From Myxococcota bacterium (GTDB taxonomy: Bacteria; Myxococcota; XYA12-FULL-58-9; JALHOP01): DNA of 31,348 bases. A program made the translations under genes and the position numbers. The first letter of the stretch is position 1. Each line of letters starts with the position of its first letter. Below the pieces are notes generated by a model, which was not told the DNA's origin, made no database searches, and worked only from the letters and a program-made list of their open reading frames with translations. The stretch covers positions 1 through 31,348 of the forward strand of contig JBGGMJ010000023.1 of the NCBI GenBank assembly GCA_041288095.1. Direction: 5' to 3'. Shown in pieces: positions 1 to 8,572 of this stretch.

Positions 1-245
1 TAGCCGAGGCCGGCCCAAGCCTCGCAGACGGTCGCTTCGGTCGCGGCGGCCAAGGTGCGCACGTCGGGGAAACGCCCGAGGAACGCTTTCCACCGCGGGG
101 CCACGACGTCGACCTGGGTTTGCTGCAGCATGATCTCAGACACCCAGATGGCGTACGGGTCGCGCGTGCGGCGCCAAGGCAAGTCTCGCTTGTGCGCGTC
201 GTAGTGGGCGAGGATGGCGGCGCGAAGGCTCGCGATGGGCTTCAC
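1..245 (-). CDS. mutY: A/G-specific adenine glycosylase MutY, N-terminal part (runs off the left edge)
   Basis: Not in the ORF track because it is truncated. Reverse strand from GTG at 245 reads MKPIASLRAAILAHYDAHKRDLPWRRTRDPYAIWVSEIMLQQTQVDVV...RFPDV...AWAGLGY, with the MutY signatures RDLPWR, DPY.IWVSEIMLQQTQ and W.GLGY. Confidence 0.95.
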   Translation of the reverse strand, partial: MKPIASLRAAILAHYDAHKRDLPWRRTRDPYAIWVSEIMLQQTQVDVVAPRWKAFLGRFPDVRTLAAATEATVCEAWAGLG

Positions 246-269
246 GTCTGCTGTATGGTCCGCGCCGCG

Positions 270-1301
270 ATGGCGCGCAATCTCCTGGTTCTTCGCTTCA
301 GCTCGGTCGGCGACGTGGTCCTGACCAGCGGTGCGCTCAGCGCCTTGAAGCGGGAAGCGCCCGACGCCGCCATCACCTACGTCACCAAGTCCGCTTTCGT
401 GGACTTAGTGCGCCATCACCCGGCGGTGTCCCATGTCGTGGGTCTCGAGCCTTTCGAGTCGGCGAGCTCGTTGCTCGCGCGCTTGAAGGCGCACGGCCCT
501 TACGACGGCGTCATCGACTTGCACGGCAAGCTGCGCAGCCGTTGGATCTCGGCGCGCACCCGCGCCCGCCGCAAGGTGGTCTGGCAGAAACGCGCGCTCG
601 CCGACACTCTCCTGGTCCCGATGAGGGTGCGGAAGTATCGCGCCGAGATGCCGATTGCCGCCCGCTATCACGGAGCAGTGGAGCGCTTCGCCGGCAAGTC
701 GCTGCCACGCGAGCCGCTCACTTACGTGGCCGGCGAGGCCGCGGTGAAAGCCGCGCGTGACAAGCTCGTGGCCCGCGGTGTCGACCTCGGTCGGCCCACG
801 GTGGTCATGTCGCCGGGCGCGCTCTGGTCGACGAAGCAGTGGCCGGTCGAGCGCTTCGGCGCGCTCGCGGCCAAGGCTTGTGTACGCGGCGCCAATGTCG
901 TCCTGACCGGTAACTCCGCCGAAGCGGACTTGACCAAACGCGTTCATGCAATCGCGCCGCTTACCGTCGATCTCGCGGGCAGCCTCTCTCTCGCGGAGCT
1001 GGGCGGGGTCTTGTCCCAAGCGCGGGCCGTGGTCGCCAACGACAGCGGCCCGATGCACATGGCCCGGGGCCTCGCCATCCCCACCCTCGCCTTCTTCGGC
1101 TCCACCGACCCCGCGCAGTTCCGCTTCGACGGACACGCGTTGGCCTACGCCGCGGTCGAGTGCGCCCCCTGCTCCTTGCACGGGCTTGCGCGCTGCCCGA
1201 AGGCGCACTTTCGCTGCATGAACGACCTCGGCGTCGACCATGCCTTCTCGCTCCTCGAACGCCTGCTCGACGGTCCAGCGCGCGCCCCGGTGACCGATTG
1301 A
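270..1301 (+). CDS. Glycosyltransferase family 9 (LPS heptosyltransferase, WaaF/WaaQ-like)
   Basis: Motifs LVLRFSSVGDVVL, IDLHG, PGA..STKQWP, DLAG, NDSGPMHMA, FGST and C-terminal C.PC......C....CM. Start moved to ATG 270 (ATG 255 is an alternative) because the ORF-track start at 120 overlaps mutY. Confidence 0.9.
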   Translation: MARNLLVLRFSSVGDVVLTSGALSALKREAPDAAITYVTKSAFVDLVRHHPAVSHVVGLEPFESASSLLARLKAHGPYDGVIDLHGKLRSRWISARTRARRKVVWQKRALADTLLVPMRVRKYRAEMPIAARYHGAVERFAGKSLPREPLTYVAGEAAVKAARDKLVARGVDLGRPTVVMSPGALWSTKQWPVERFGALAAKACVRGANVVLTGNSAEADLTKRVHAIAPLTVDLAGSLSLAELGGVLSQARAVVANDSGPMHMARGLAIPTLAFFGSTDPAQFRFDGHALAYAAVECAPCSLHGLARCPKAHFRCMNDLGVDHAFSLLERLLDGPARAPVTD

Positions 1302-2257
1302 TCACGACGCTCGTCATCGCCGCCTCGCTCGCCTTCGTCGACGACGCCGGCCGCAAGGTCGAAGTGCCGGCGCATCCCAAGCGCATCGTCGCTTGCGGTC
1401 CACCGGCGGCCCCCTGGATCTACGCTCTGGCTCCCGACGCCCTCGCCGGTTGGACCCGCGCGTTCAAGGCCGACGAGGCCGAGCTCGTGCCCGAGCCCTA
1501 TCGCTCGCTGCCGGTCATCGGCCGGCTCACCGGTCACGGCGGCACCGCGAGCCTCGAGGCGCTCGCCGCCGCGAGGCCCGACGTGTTGGTCGACATCGGC
1601 ACGGTCGACCCATCACACGCCGCTTTGGCGGACAGGGTCCAGGCGCAGCTCGGCATCCCGTACGTGCTCATCAACGGCAGCTTGTGGGACGGCGCCAAGA
1701 CCTTCCGCCGCCTCGGCGAGCTCACCGGCCGCGCCGCCGAAGCGGAGGCGCTCGCGGTCTACGTCGACGAGCTCTTGGCGCTGGCACGCTCCGCCATCGC
1801 CAAGGATCCGACGCGGCCGCGCGTTTACTTCGGCCGCAACGCCACCGGCCTCGAGACGACGCTCGCGGGCTCGCTCTTCGCCGAGGTCATCGACGCGGCT
1901 GGCGCGGTCAACGTCGCCAAGCGCGGCATGACCGACGCCATCGTCACCATGTCCTTCGAGGCGATCGCCGGCGGGCACCCCGAGGTCATCGTCACCCAGG
2001 ACAAGAACTTCGCGAAGCTAGTGCGCACCGACGACTCCTGGCGGGGCTTACGAGCACGCGTCTTGCTGGCGCCGAAAGTGCCCTTCGGCTGGCTCGACGC
2101 GCCGCCGTCGGTTAACCGCGTGCTTGGCTTGCTGTGGCTCACGGCACGCCTGCACCCGCATGACTGGGACGAGCGCGCCGTCGTGCGGACATTCTACCAA
2201 CGGATCTTCCACGTGAATCTCGACGACGCCCAGCTCACGAAAGTGCTGCAACCATGA
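1298..2257 (+). CDS. ABC transporter substrate-binding protein, FecB/BtuF/TroA class (iron-chelate, cobalamin or molybdate; substrate not determinable)
   Basis: FVDDAGRKVEVP..PKRIV start, E.L.A.RPDV, AGAVNV, E.I....PEVI, WLDAPPSVNR. TTG start overlaps the upstream TGA (TTGA). Followed by permease and ATPase. Confidence 0.85.
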   Translation: MITTLVIAASLAFVDDAGRKVEVPAHPKRIVACGPPAAPWIYALAPDALAGWTRAFKADEAELVPEPYRSLPVIGRLTGHGGTASLEALAAARPDVLVDIGTVDPSHAALADRVQAQLGIPYVLINGSLWDGAKTFRRLGELTGRAAEAEALAVYVDELLALARSAIAKDPTRPRVYFGRNATGLETTLAGSLFAEVIDAAGAVNVAKRGMTDAIVTMSFEAIAGGHPEVIVTQDKNFAKLVRTDDSWRGLRARVLLAPKVPFGWLDAPPSVNRVLGLLWLTARLHPHDWDERAVVRTFYQRIFHVNLDDAQLTKVLQP

Positions 2258-3249
2258 TGGCGCGATGGGCACTGCTCGTTGCCGCATTGGTCGCGGCGGT
2301 GATCGTCGGTGTCTCGGTTGGGCCCTACGCGCTCAGCATTCCAGAGCTCGCTCATGCGTTGGTCGCGAAGGTCACGGGTGGCGAGCTCACGCCGCTCGTC
2401 GACACCGTGCTCTTCAACATTCGCGTGCCGCGGGTCCTCGCGGGTGCCCTCGTCGGCGGCGCGCTCGCCATCTCCGGCGCGACCTACCAGAGCCTCTTTC
2501 GCAATCCCCTGGTTTCTCCCGACATCCTCGGGGTGTCCGCTGGAGCGAGCCTGGGCGCGGTGCTCGCCATCGTGCTCCACCTCCCGGTGGTGGCCATTCA
2601 AGCGTTCGCTTTCGCGGGCGGTTTGCTCGCGGTGATCGCGGTCTACGGCTTGGGCTCGGCACTGCGCACGCGCGACCCGGTGCTCGTCTTGGTGCTCTCC
2701 GGTATCGCCGTCGGCGCGCTTCTCGGCGCGGGCCTGTCGCTCCTCAAGATCCTCGCCGACCCGTACAACCAGCTGCCGACGATCACCTACTGGCTGCTAG
2801 GGAGCCTCGCCGCGACCACCGGCGGTGACCTCGTCTGGATGGCGCCGATCGTGCTCGTCGGGCTGGTGCCGCTATTGCTCCTGCGTTGGCGCATCAACCT
2901 CATGTCCTTGGGCGACGACGAGGCCCGCACGCTGGGCGTCGACGTGCGCCGCATGCGGCTCATCATCGTGGGCGCCGCGACGCTGGTGAGCGCCGCGACC
3001 GTCGCGACCACCGGCGTCGTCGGCTGGGTCGGCCTCATCGTGCCGCACATTTGCCGCAACCTCTTGGGCTCGGACTTCCGCAAGCTAGGGCCGGCGACCC
3101 TGCTCGTCGGCGCTACCTTCCTGGTTGTCGTCGATACGCTCGCGCGGACCATCGCCCCCATCGAGATCCCGCTCGGCGTCCTCTCGGCGTTCTGCGGCGC
3201 TCCGTTCTTCGTTTGGGCGCTCGCCGCCGGCCGCAAAGGGTGGAGCTGA
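2254..3249 (+). CDS. FecCD/BtuC-family ABC permease
   Basis: R.PRVL, SGATYQSLFRNPLVSPDILGVSAGA, WLLGS, LGDDEARTLGV, GWVGLIVPHI.R, EIPLGV; many transmembrane helices; ATGA overlap with the upstream gene. Confidence 0.95.
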   Translation: MMARWALLVAALVAAVIVGVSVGPYALSIPELAHALVAKVTGGELTPLVDTVLFNIRVPRVLAGALVGGALAISGATYQSLFRNPLVSPDILGVSAGASLGAVLAIVLHLPVVAIQAFAFAGGLLAVIAVYGLGSALRTRDPVLVLVLSGIAVGALLGAGLSLLKILADPYNQLPTITYWLLGSLAATTGGDLVWMAPIVLVGLVPLLLLRWRINLMSLGDDEARTLGVDVRRMRLIIVGAATLVSAATVATTGVVGWVGLIVPHICRNLLGSDFRKLGPATLLVGATFLVVVDTLARTIAPIEIPLGVLSAFCGAPFFVWALAAGRKGWS

Positions 3250-4028
3250 TGCTCGCGACCGAGCACTTGGCCTTCGGTTACGGCAACCGGCGTGTGGGCG
3301 AAGACGTGAGCCTCGGTGTCGCGCCCGGGGAGATCGCCTGTTTGCTCGGCCCGAACGGCAGCGGCAAGACCACGCTCTTCAAGACTCTCCTCGGCCTCTT
3401 GCCACCCTTGGGCGGCACCATCCACATCGACGGCGCCGACGCCACCAACTGGACACCCCAAGCGCGGGCCCGGTCGGTCGCGTACGTGCCGCAAGCGGCG
3501 GCGACGAGTTTCGCCTACACCGTGCGCGAGATCGTCCTCATGGGCCGCGCCCCGCACCTGCCCGTTTTCGCGGTGCCATCGAAGACCGACCACGAAAAGG
3601 CGGAGAGCGCTCTCGCCCGCGTCGGCATCGCCGCCCTCGGCGCCCGTGTCGCCACCGAGCTGTCCGGCGGCGAGCGCCAGCTCGTGCTCATCGCCCGTGC
3701 CCTCGTGCAGGAATGCCGCACCATGATCATGGACGAGCCGACGGCGAGCCTCGATCTAGGTAACCGTGTGCGCGTGCTGTCGCAGCTCCGCCGCCTCGCG
3801 AGCGAAGGCGTGTCGGCGATCATCGCCACCCATGAGCCCGATCACGCGCTCGCTATCGCGGACCATGCGTTTCTCTTGAGCCAGGGCAGGCTCGTCGGCA
3901 GCGGCAAGCCCGCCGACGTGATCACCACCGAGAGCCTCTCGCGCCTCTACGGCGTCACCGTCGACGTCATCGAGAGCGCCGGCTCGCGGGTCACCGTGCC
4001 GCGGCTCGGTCCAATCGGTACAAGCTGA
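3249..4028 (+). CDS. FecE/BtuD-family ABC ATPase
   Basis: Walker A GPNGSGKTT, Q-loop AYVPQ, signature LSGGERQ, Walker B MDEPT, H-loop THE. Start set at ATG 3249 (TGATG overlap with the permease stop). Confidence 0.95.
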   Translation: MLATEHLAFGYGNRRVGEDVSLGVAPGEIACLLGPNGSGKTTLFKTLLGLLPPLGGTIHIDGADATNWTPQARARSVAYVPQAAATSFAYTVREIVLMGRAPHLPVFAVPSKTDHEKAESALARVGIAALGARVATELSGGERQLVLIARALVQECRTMIMDEPTASLDLGNRVRVLSQLRRLASEGVSAIIATHEPDHALAIADHAFLLSQGRLVGSGKPADVITTESLSRLYGVTVDVIESAGSRVTVPRLGPIGTS

Positions 4029-5580
4029 CGATTGGCACGCCGTCGAACGCCACCATGGCCGTAGGCAGCGTCGCTCCGAGCTCCCACACCGCGTATTCGG
4101 CGTCTTGATACTCGCGCTGGTGGTTGACCAAGGCCCAGTCGGCGCTCGCGATGTCGCTCACGAAAACGAGATCGCGGCGCGCGAGCCCATCGGCGAGGTA
4201 CTGCTGCCAGTCACTGTAGTTCATGCGGTGGGTGTAGACACGGGCGCCAATCGCCGCCTTCTCGTTCAACGCCGCGAGCAACGGCCGCGCGTCGCCTCCC
4301 CAGAAGGTGCGCGGTAGTCCCAACACCGCCGCGCCCTGATGCCCGAGCGTGAGCTCGTTGAAGTACGTGTGGCCGTACGGATGCGTGCGCACGGTGTCGA
4401 TGAGAGGCACCAACAACGCCGCGACGACGACCGCCGGCCGCGCGATGCGATAGCGTACGGCTTCCATCGCTTGCACCAGCGCCAGCGCCGCGGCGATGCA
4501 GAAGAACGGCATCATCGGCATCCAGTGCTTGGTGCCACCGAAGATCGGCACCATGGGAAACGAGATGACGAGCGGCGGCGTAAGGCTGCTCACCAAGAGC
4601 AAGACCAGGCCCATGCGTTCATCGCCCTCCGCGTGGCGTACGCGACGCGCGCACCACACGAGGCCGACGGCGCCCAGCACCAAGGTCATGAGCGGCACGG
4701 TGAGCACCGTCATGCGAAAGGCGTAGCCCCATGGAAACGGCGGCGACGTGTACATGGCGCCGAAGAAGTCGACCGGGTAGTGCTCGTGGTGCGCGTGATA
4801 CTCGTAATACGCGCCAATCCGCTGAAACGGATGAGCCCAACCATACGGGTAGAAAACGTAGAGCACGGCCAGCCCGGCGATAGGCGCGAGCAGCCACGCG
4901 AGCGGCAACGGCGGCAGCGACAGTCGACCCTCGGTGAATGACCAGTCGCGGCTGCGCGCTATCGACACCGCGAGCCCGAGCCCCGCCCAGAGGAACACCG
5001 CGTTGTGCTTGGTGGCGAGCGCGAGTCCGAAGAGCGTAAGCGCCGGCAGCAACCAACGTCGCTCGGTCAGCGCCCGCCAGAACGCATAGGTTGCCGCCAC
5101 CGACAGCCCCATGATTGGCCCGTCGAACGCGGCGAGATGCGCGTGGAAGAACACGTGCGGCGACGTGAACAGGAAAGCGACCGCGAGCAAACCGACGACG
5201 ACGCCGTGCTCACGCGACAACCGCGCGCCGAACAAGAACGTGAACGCCGCGCCCAGAGCGACGAGCAGCATCGAGCCCAAGCGGAAACCCGTGGCGCCCG
5301 AGGTCGCGCCCAGCCAGACGTGCGCGATCTTCCACGTCCAGCCCATGAGGAGCTTCACGAAGCCCGGGTGCTCCGTGTTGTAGCCGAAGTCGTGCGTCAG
5401 AGTGCTGTCCGCGAAAGAGGACAAGCCACGTTCGAAGAGGTGCTCGAACCAGGCGTGATATTCGCGCGCCGCGCGGAAGTAGTAGCCCTCGTCGCGCACG
5501 AACCCCTGCGATGCGGTGCCGAGCAACACGACCAGCACGACGAGGCCGACGCCACACGCCATGAGCCCTTGCCGCTTCAT
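3991..5580 (-). CDS. Membrane GT-C glycosyltransferase (PMT_2/ArnT/GT39-like)
   Basis: N-terminal TM followed by RDEGYY (DE motif), EHPGFVK, AAFDGP, GLALATKHN, a long run of TM helices and a C-terminal soluble domain with HP....YFNE. Confidence 0.8.
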   Translation of the reverse strand: MKRQGLMACGVGLVVLVVLLGTASQGFVRDEGYYFRAAREYHAWFEHLFERGLSSFADSTLTHDFGYNTEHPGFVKLLMGWTWKIAHVWLGATSGATGFRLGSMLLVALGAAFTFLFGARLSREHGVVVGLLAVAFLFTSPHVFFHAHLAAFDGPIMGLSVAATYAFWRALTERRWLLPALTLFGLALATKHNAVFLWAGLGLAVSIARSRDWSFTEGRLSLPPLPLAWLLAPIAGLAVLYVFYPYGWAHPFQRIGAYYEYHAHHEHYPVDFFGAMYTSPPFPWGYAFRMTVLTVPLMTLVLGAVGLVWCARRVRHAEGDERMGLVLLLVSSLTPPLVISFPMVPIFGGTKHWMPMMPFFCIAAALALVQAMEAVRYRIARPAVVVAALLVPLIDTVRTHPYGHTYFNELTLGHQGAAVLGLPRTFWGGDARPLLAALNEKAAIGARVYTHRMNYSDWQQYLADGLARRDLVFVSDIASADWALVNHQREYQDAEYAVWELGATLPTAMVAFDGVPIVSLYRLDRAAAR

Positions 5581-6431
5581 GGCAGCACCCAGGCATCGGC
5601 GCAGAAGTGGGCGCCCCCGTTGTCCCGTGACTTCACGGCAAGCACGATCGGTCCGCTACCGCGGTCGAGGTCGACGACGTCGTACTCCCAGCCGGTCCGA
5701 GGCATGACCTCGCCGCTGAAGAGCTTGGCCTCGCCGCGCCGCACCTCGACCTGGACCGGTGCACGCGTCGCGGCGGAGAGCACGAATCCATGTCCCAGCA
5801 GCAAGCGCGACCCCGACGTCTCGGGGAGGGTCAGCGTGAGCTCACGCCCGCCATTCAGCGGATGCATCCAGACGCAGGCCCGCGGCCCATCCTCGAGGTT
5901 CAATGTGGCGCGGCCTACCCAGCTCCATTCGCTGTCGCGCGGACAGCTCCAGCGCGAGCCATTCCAGCGCGAGCAAGCCGTCGGCTCGGTGCCGCCGTAG
6001 TGAGCGAGCACTTGCACGTCCGCGAGCCGTTCCCGCAGCGCCAGCGTCGGCTGCACCGGCTCACGCACCGTGACCGCGACAGCGTGCACACGCCCCGCGG
6101 AGGCAACCGGCGCGACCGACCCGAGCGCTTCGAGCTCCTCACGCAGCGCCCCGACCGCATCCACCGCCACCACCAGCAAGCGCGGGTGCATCCTCAAGAC
6201 CTGCGGCTCGACCCGGCGCGGCTCGATGAGCGGCAAATCTCCCAGCAATGTACGCGGTGTCGCCTGATGGAACGGCGTCACGACGATGAGGTCGCCCTCG
6301 CGATACGCCGAGCGAACCGCCGCCGCCACGGTCTCGAAGTCCGCTTGCGCCGCTACATGCGCGCACCGCGCCACCGACAAGACGACGCTCGCGACCAGCG
6401 CGACGAGCAGAGGAACGAGATGCGAACGCAC
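5577..6431 (-). CDS. Hypothetical membrane-anchored exported protein, Cys-containing
   Basis: GTG start, N-terminal hydrophobic helix, 4-nt overlap with the GT-C gene start; several Cys and Trp (CSRWNGSRWSC, CVWMHP, FCAD). Confidence 0.6.
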   Translation of the reverse strand: MRSHLVPLLVALVASVVLSVARCAHVAAQADFETVAAAVRSAYREGDLIVVTPFHQATPRTLLGDLPLIEPRRVEPQVLRMHPRLLVVAVDAVGALREELEALGSVAPVASAGRVHAVAVTVREPVQPTLALRERLADVQVLAHYGGTEPTACSRWNGSRWSCPRDSEWSWVGRATLNLEDGPRACVWMHPLNGGRELTLTLPETSGSRLLLGHGFVLSAATRAPVQVEVRRGEAKLFSGEVMPRTGWEYDVVDLDRGSGPIVLAVKSRDNGGAHFCADAWVLP

Positions 6432-6460
6432 GGCGCGTCTCTAGCAACTGCGCCGGCCCG

Positions 6461-7765
6461 CTACAAACGACTGAGGTTCCCGGCCATCCCGTAGCCAACA
6501 CCGATCACCCAATCCGAGACCGGCGTGACGATGCCGTCGTCGCCGGCGCGGACACCGTGATGCATCAGCGTGTAAGCAAACCACGCATCGTGAATGCGCA
6601 CGGCGCCGTCGAGGATCGCCATGCTGTTCGTGCCCATCGCGAACCAGTCGCCGCTGTCGCGCATCGCCCGTTGCGACACGCGCAAGCCGACGTGCCAGAT
6701 GTCGCTCGTCAGCTCGCCATAGAGCGACGCGCGCGTCGGGTTCTCCGCGGTCCGCGCGAAGGTGTGCTCGACAGAAGTGCCGAGAGTGAGCGGGCCGGTT
6801 TGAAACTCGACGCGACCGCGCGTGCCGTAGCCCGCGGGTGCAATCCGCATGGCCTTCGACTCCGAGCCCTCGCGGATGACGTTACGCTCCGCCGCGTACT
6901 GATCGTCGAAGTAGGCAGGGTCATAGCCCGCCCCGGCGACGGTCGCTTCGAGACGCAAGAGCAGCGCTTCACGGCCGCGCGTCCAGTTGAGCTCGGTGCC
7001 GATGTGCGTGCCGAGCGCGCCCGAGCGCGTCTCGGTGAAGAACGAGCCGAGCGAGCCATACAGCGACCACATGAGCTCGTCGCCGACATAGGGCGCCCCG
7101 GTGACCACGAGGTCCGCGCCGCCGATCTGCGTCGTCCCCTCGGTGATCGGCGCGCGCATATCGGTCGCCACTTCGAGCGCCACCGTGAGCGGCTCACCGG
7201 CGGACCTGTCATCGATCTGGAAGGGCGCGATGGCGATCGAGGCTGCGACGAGCCGCGGCCGGACCAAACCGTCCGTGAGGAGCTTTGCTTCGACGACGTC
7301 CGTGGTCACGAGGAAATCGAGCCCACTGCGCGGCATGCTCGGGTCGTAGCTGCCGGTGTAATCGTCGACCAAGGTGCCGTGGCCGAGGGTCTGCCGCCGC
7401 AGTCCGCCGGCGCGGAGCTGAATGGCGCCACGCTTCGAGCGGTACGTGAGATCTTCAATCCACGCGGCGTAGGTCTCGAAGTCGCTCCAGTCGTTCTGCC
7501 AGGTGACCGGCATCGTGCGGCTGTCAGCGGTCGGCGACTCGTCGGAGATCTTGAGGAAGAGCGGCGCCGAGAGGGCGACACGCAATTGCGACCCTTCGAG
7601 CGTCGCGCGCGGGCGGAACATCGCGACCGGATCCTCGCTCAAGCGGCCGCCACCGGCCTGCATGCTGAGGGTCCATTGCGGACCGGTCGGCTGCTCTTCG
7701 ACCGTCTGGGTGAGACCAGAAGGCGCTGAAGCCGTAAGCGCCACGATGAGGACCGCGGGGAGCAT
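6461..7765 (-). CDS. Hypothetical exported protein, probable outer-membrane beta-barrel
   Basis: Sec-type signal (MLPAVLIVALTASA); alternating amphipathic strands rich in G/Y/W/F; C-terminal WVIGVGYG strand; co-oriented with the neighbouring genes. Confidence 0.6.
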   Translation of the reverse strand: MLPAVLIVALTASAPSGLTQTVEEQPTGPQWTLSMQAGGGRLSEDPVAMFRPRATLEGSQLRVALSAPLFLKISDESPTADSRTMPVTWQNDWSDFETYAAWIEDLTYRSKRGAIQLRAGGLRRQTLGHGTLVDDYTGSYDPSMPRSGLDFLVTTDVVEAKLLTDGLVRPRLVAASIAIAPFQIDDRSAGEPLTVALEVATDMRAPITEGTTQIGGADLVVTGAPYVGDELMWSLYGSLGSFFTETRSGALGTHIGTELNWTRGREALLLRLEATVAGAGYDPAYFDDQYAAERNVIREGSESKAMRIAPAGYGTRGRVEFQTGPLTLGTSVEHTFARTAENPTRASLYGELTSDIWHVGLRVSQRAMRDSGDWFAMGTNSMAILDGAVRIHDAWFAYTLMHHGVRAGDDGIVTPVSDWVIGVGYGMAGNLSRL

Positions 7766-7870
7766 GTCCGCGCATCATCGAGGCGCGGGATCGCGAGAGC
7801 AATTTTTTGACGTAGTTTTTTGTGGGCGTAGGTGGTGCCAGAGTGACGGTCGCCAGTCACCCGCCCAACA

Positions 7871-8122
7871 TCAAGGCGCGCGTTTTTCCGCGAAGTTTTG
7901 CAGAGTCTTGCTCTGCAAGCTGTCGACCTGACGACCACCCAGCTGCGCCGGGTTGCTGCTGCGGCCAATCATCGCGTTCGCCGAAGCGCCAAAGAGGGCG
8001 CGAATGTTGTCGCCGAAGGCCGTCACCACCGCGATGGTGCCGATCGCAATCAGCGCCACGATGATGATGTACTCGGTCATGCCTTGGCCGCGCTGCCGCG
8101 GCTTAGCCCGGTTCTTCCGCAT
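7871..8122 (-). CDS. flp: Flp/Fap-type (Tad, type IVc) pilin
   Basis: Basic leader MRKNRAKPRQRG, then QGMTEY (Glu+5, Tyr+6 Flp motif), hydrophobic helix IIIVALIAIGTIAVV and FGDNI; 83 aa; GGGAG ribosome-binding site upstream. Confidence 0.85.
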   Translation of the reverse strand: MRKNRAKPRQRGQGMTEYIIIVALIAIGTIAVVTAFGDNIRALFGASANAMIGRSSNPAQLGGRQVDSLQSKTLQNFAEKRAP

Positions 8123-8249
8123 GGCTCGCTCCCAGAAAGAAGTGCGGGGCCGGAAGGTGCCCGCCTTCTACCCCACTTCGTTATCGCTCGTGCGACGCCC
8201 GAGTTGCTCGGGCGCCCTTGGGATTGGAAGCGGAATGGGAACCAGGTGA

Positions 8250-8438
8250 CTAGCCGCGAACGAGGCCCAAGTGCTTGGCGATCGCCCGGAAGTTCACGTC
8301 CCAGCCGATGCCGAAGTTCGTCGGGATGAAGACGCGCTGGTCGTCGCGGGTCCAGTAGTTGTCGAAGGCGTGAACGGCGTCAAAACGCACGGGCATGCCA
8401 AGGAAACGGCCTTCCATCACGGTGTCGCTGTTGAACAT
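8250..8438 (-). CDS. Small DUF5808-like protein (62 aa)
   Basis: YW..DD.RVFIP..FGIGW.VNF motif; start at ATG 8438 with GGAG upstream. Confidence 0.65.
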   Translation of the reverse strand: MFNSDTVMEGRFLGMPVRFDAVHAFDNYWTRDDQRVFIPTNFGIGWDVNFRAIAKHLGLVRG

Positions 8439-8572
8439 CGGGGGTACTCCGGGGGTTGAGCGCAGGAAGAATACGTCACGTTTTTGACCGTTGGTAAGGG
8501 TCTGGGACGGTGCAAGTACGGAAAAATGCAACAAGCTGGCTCTGACCCGCTCGTTAATGCCATATCGGCGTC

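Noticed and set aside
120-269. N-terminal extension of the GT9 ORF in the ORF track
   Set aside because: It overlaps mutY on the opposite strand; GT9 similarity begins at MARNLLVLRFSS.
3991-4028. Convergent 3' overlaps (also 17684-17687 and 27704-27707) as antisense regulation
   Set aside because: Short tail-to-tail overlaps are common in compact GC-rich genomes; there is no further support.
6557-7729. 390-aa plus-strand ORF, and similar long antisense ORFs (5005-6000, 8417-9346, 11054-11977, 16269-17042, 23327-24256, 26409-27344)
   Set aside because: R/G/A-rich shadow frames of recognisable genes, expected in high-GC DNA; no motifs.
8123-8249. c-di-GMP or other known riboswitch upstream of flp
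   Set aside because: The conserved GEMM-type elements were not found by eye; kept only as an unclassified structured leader.
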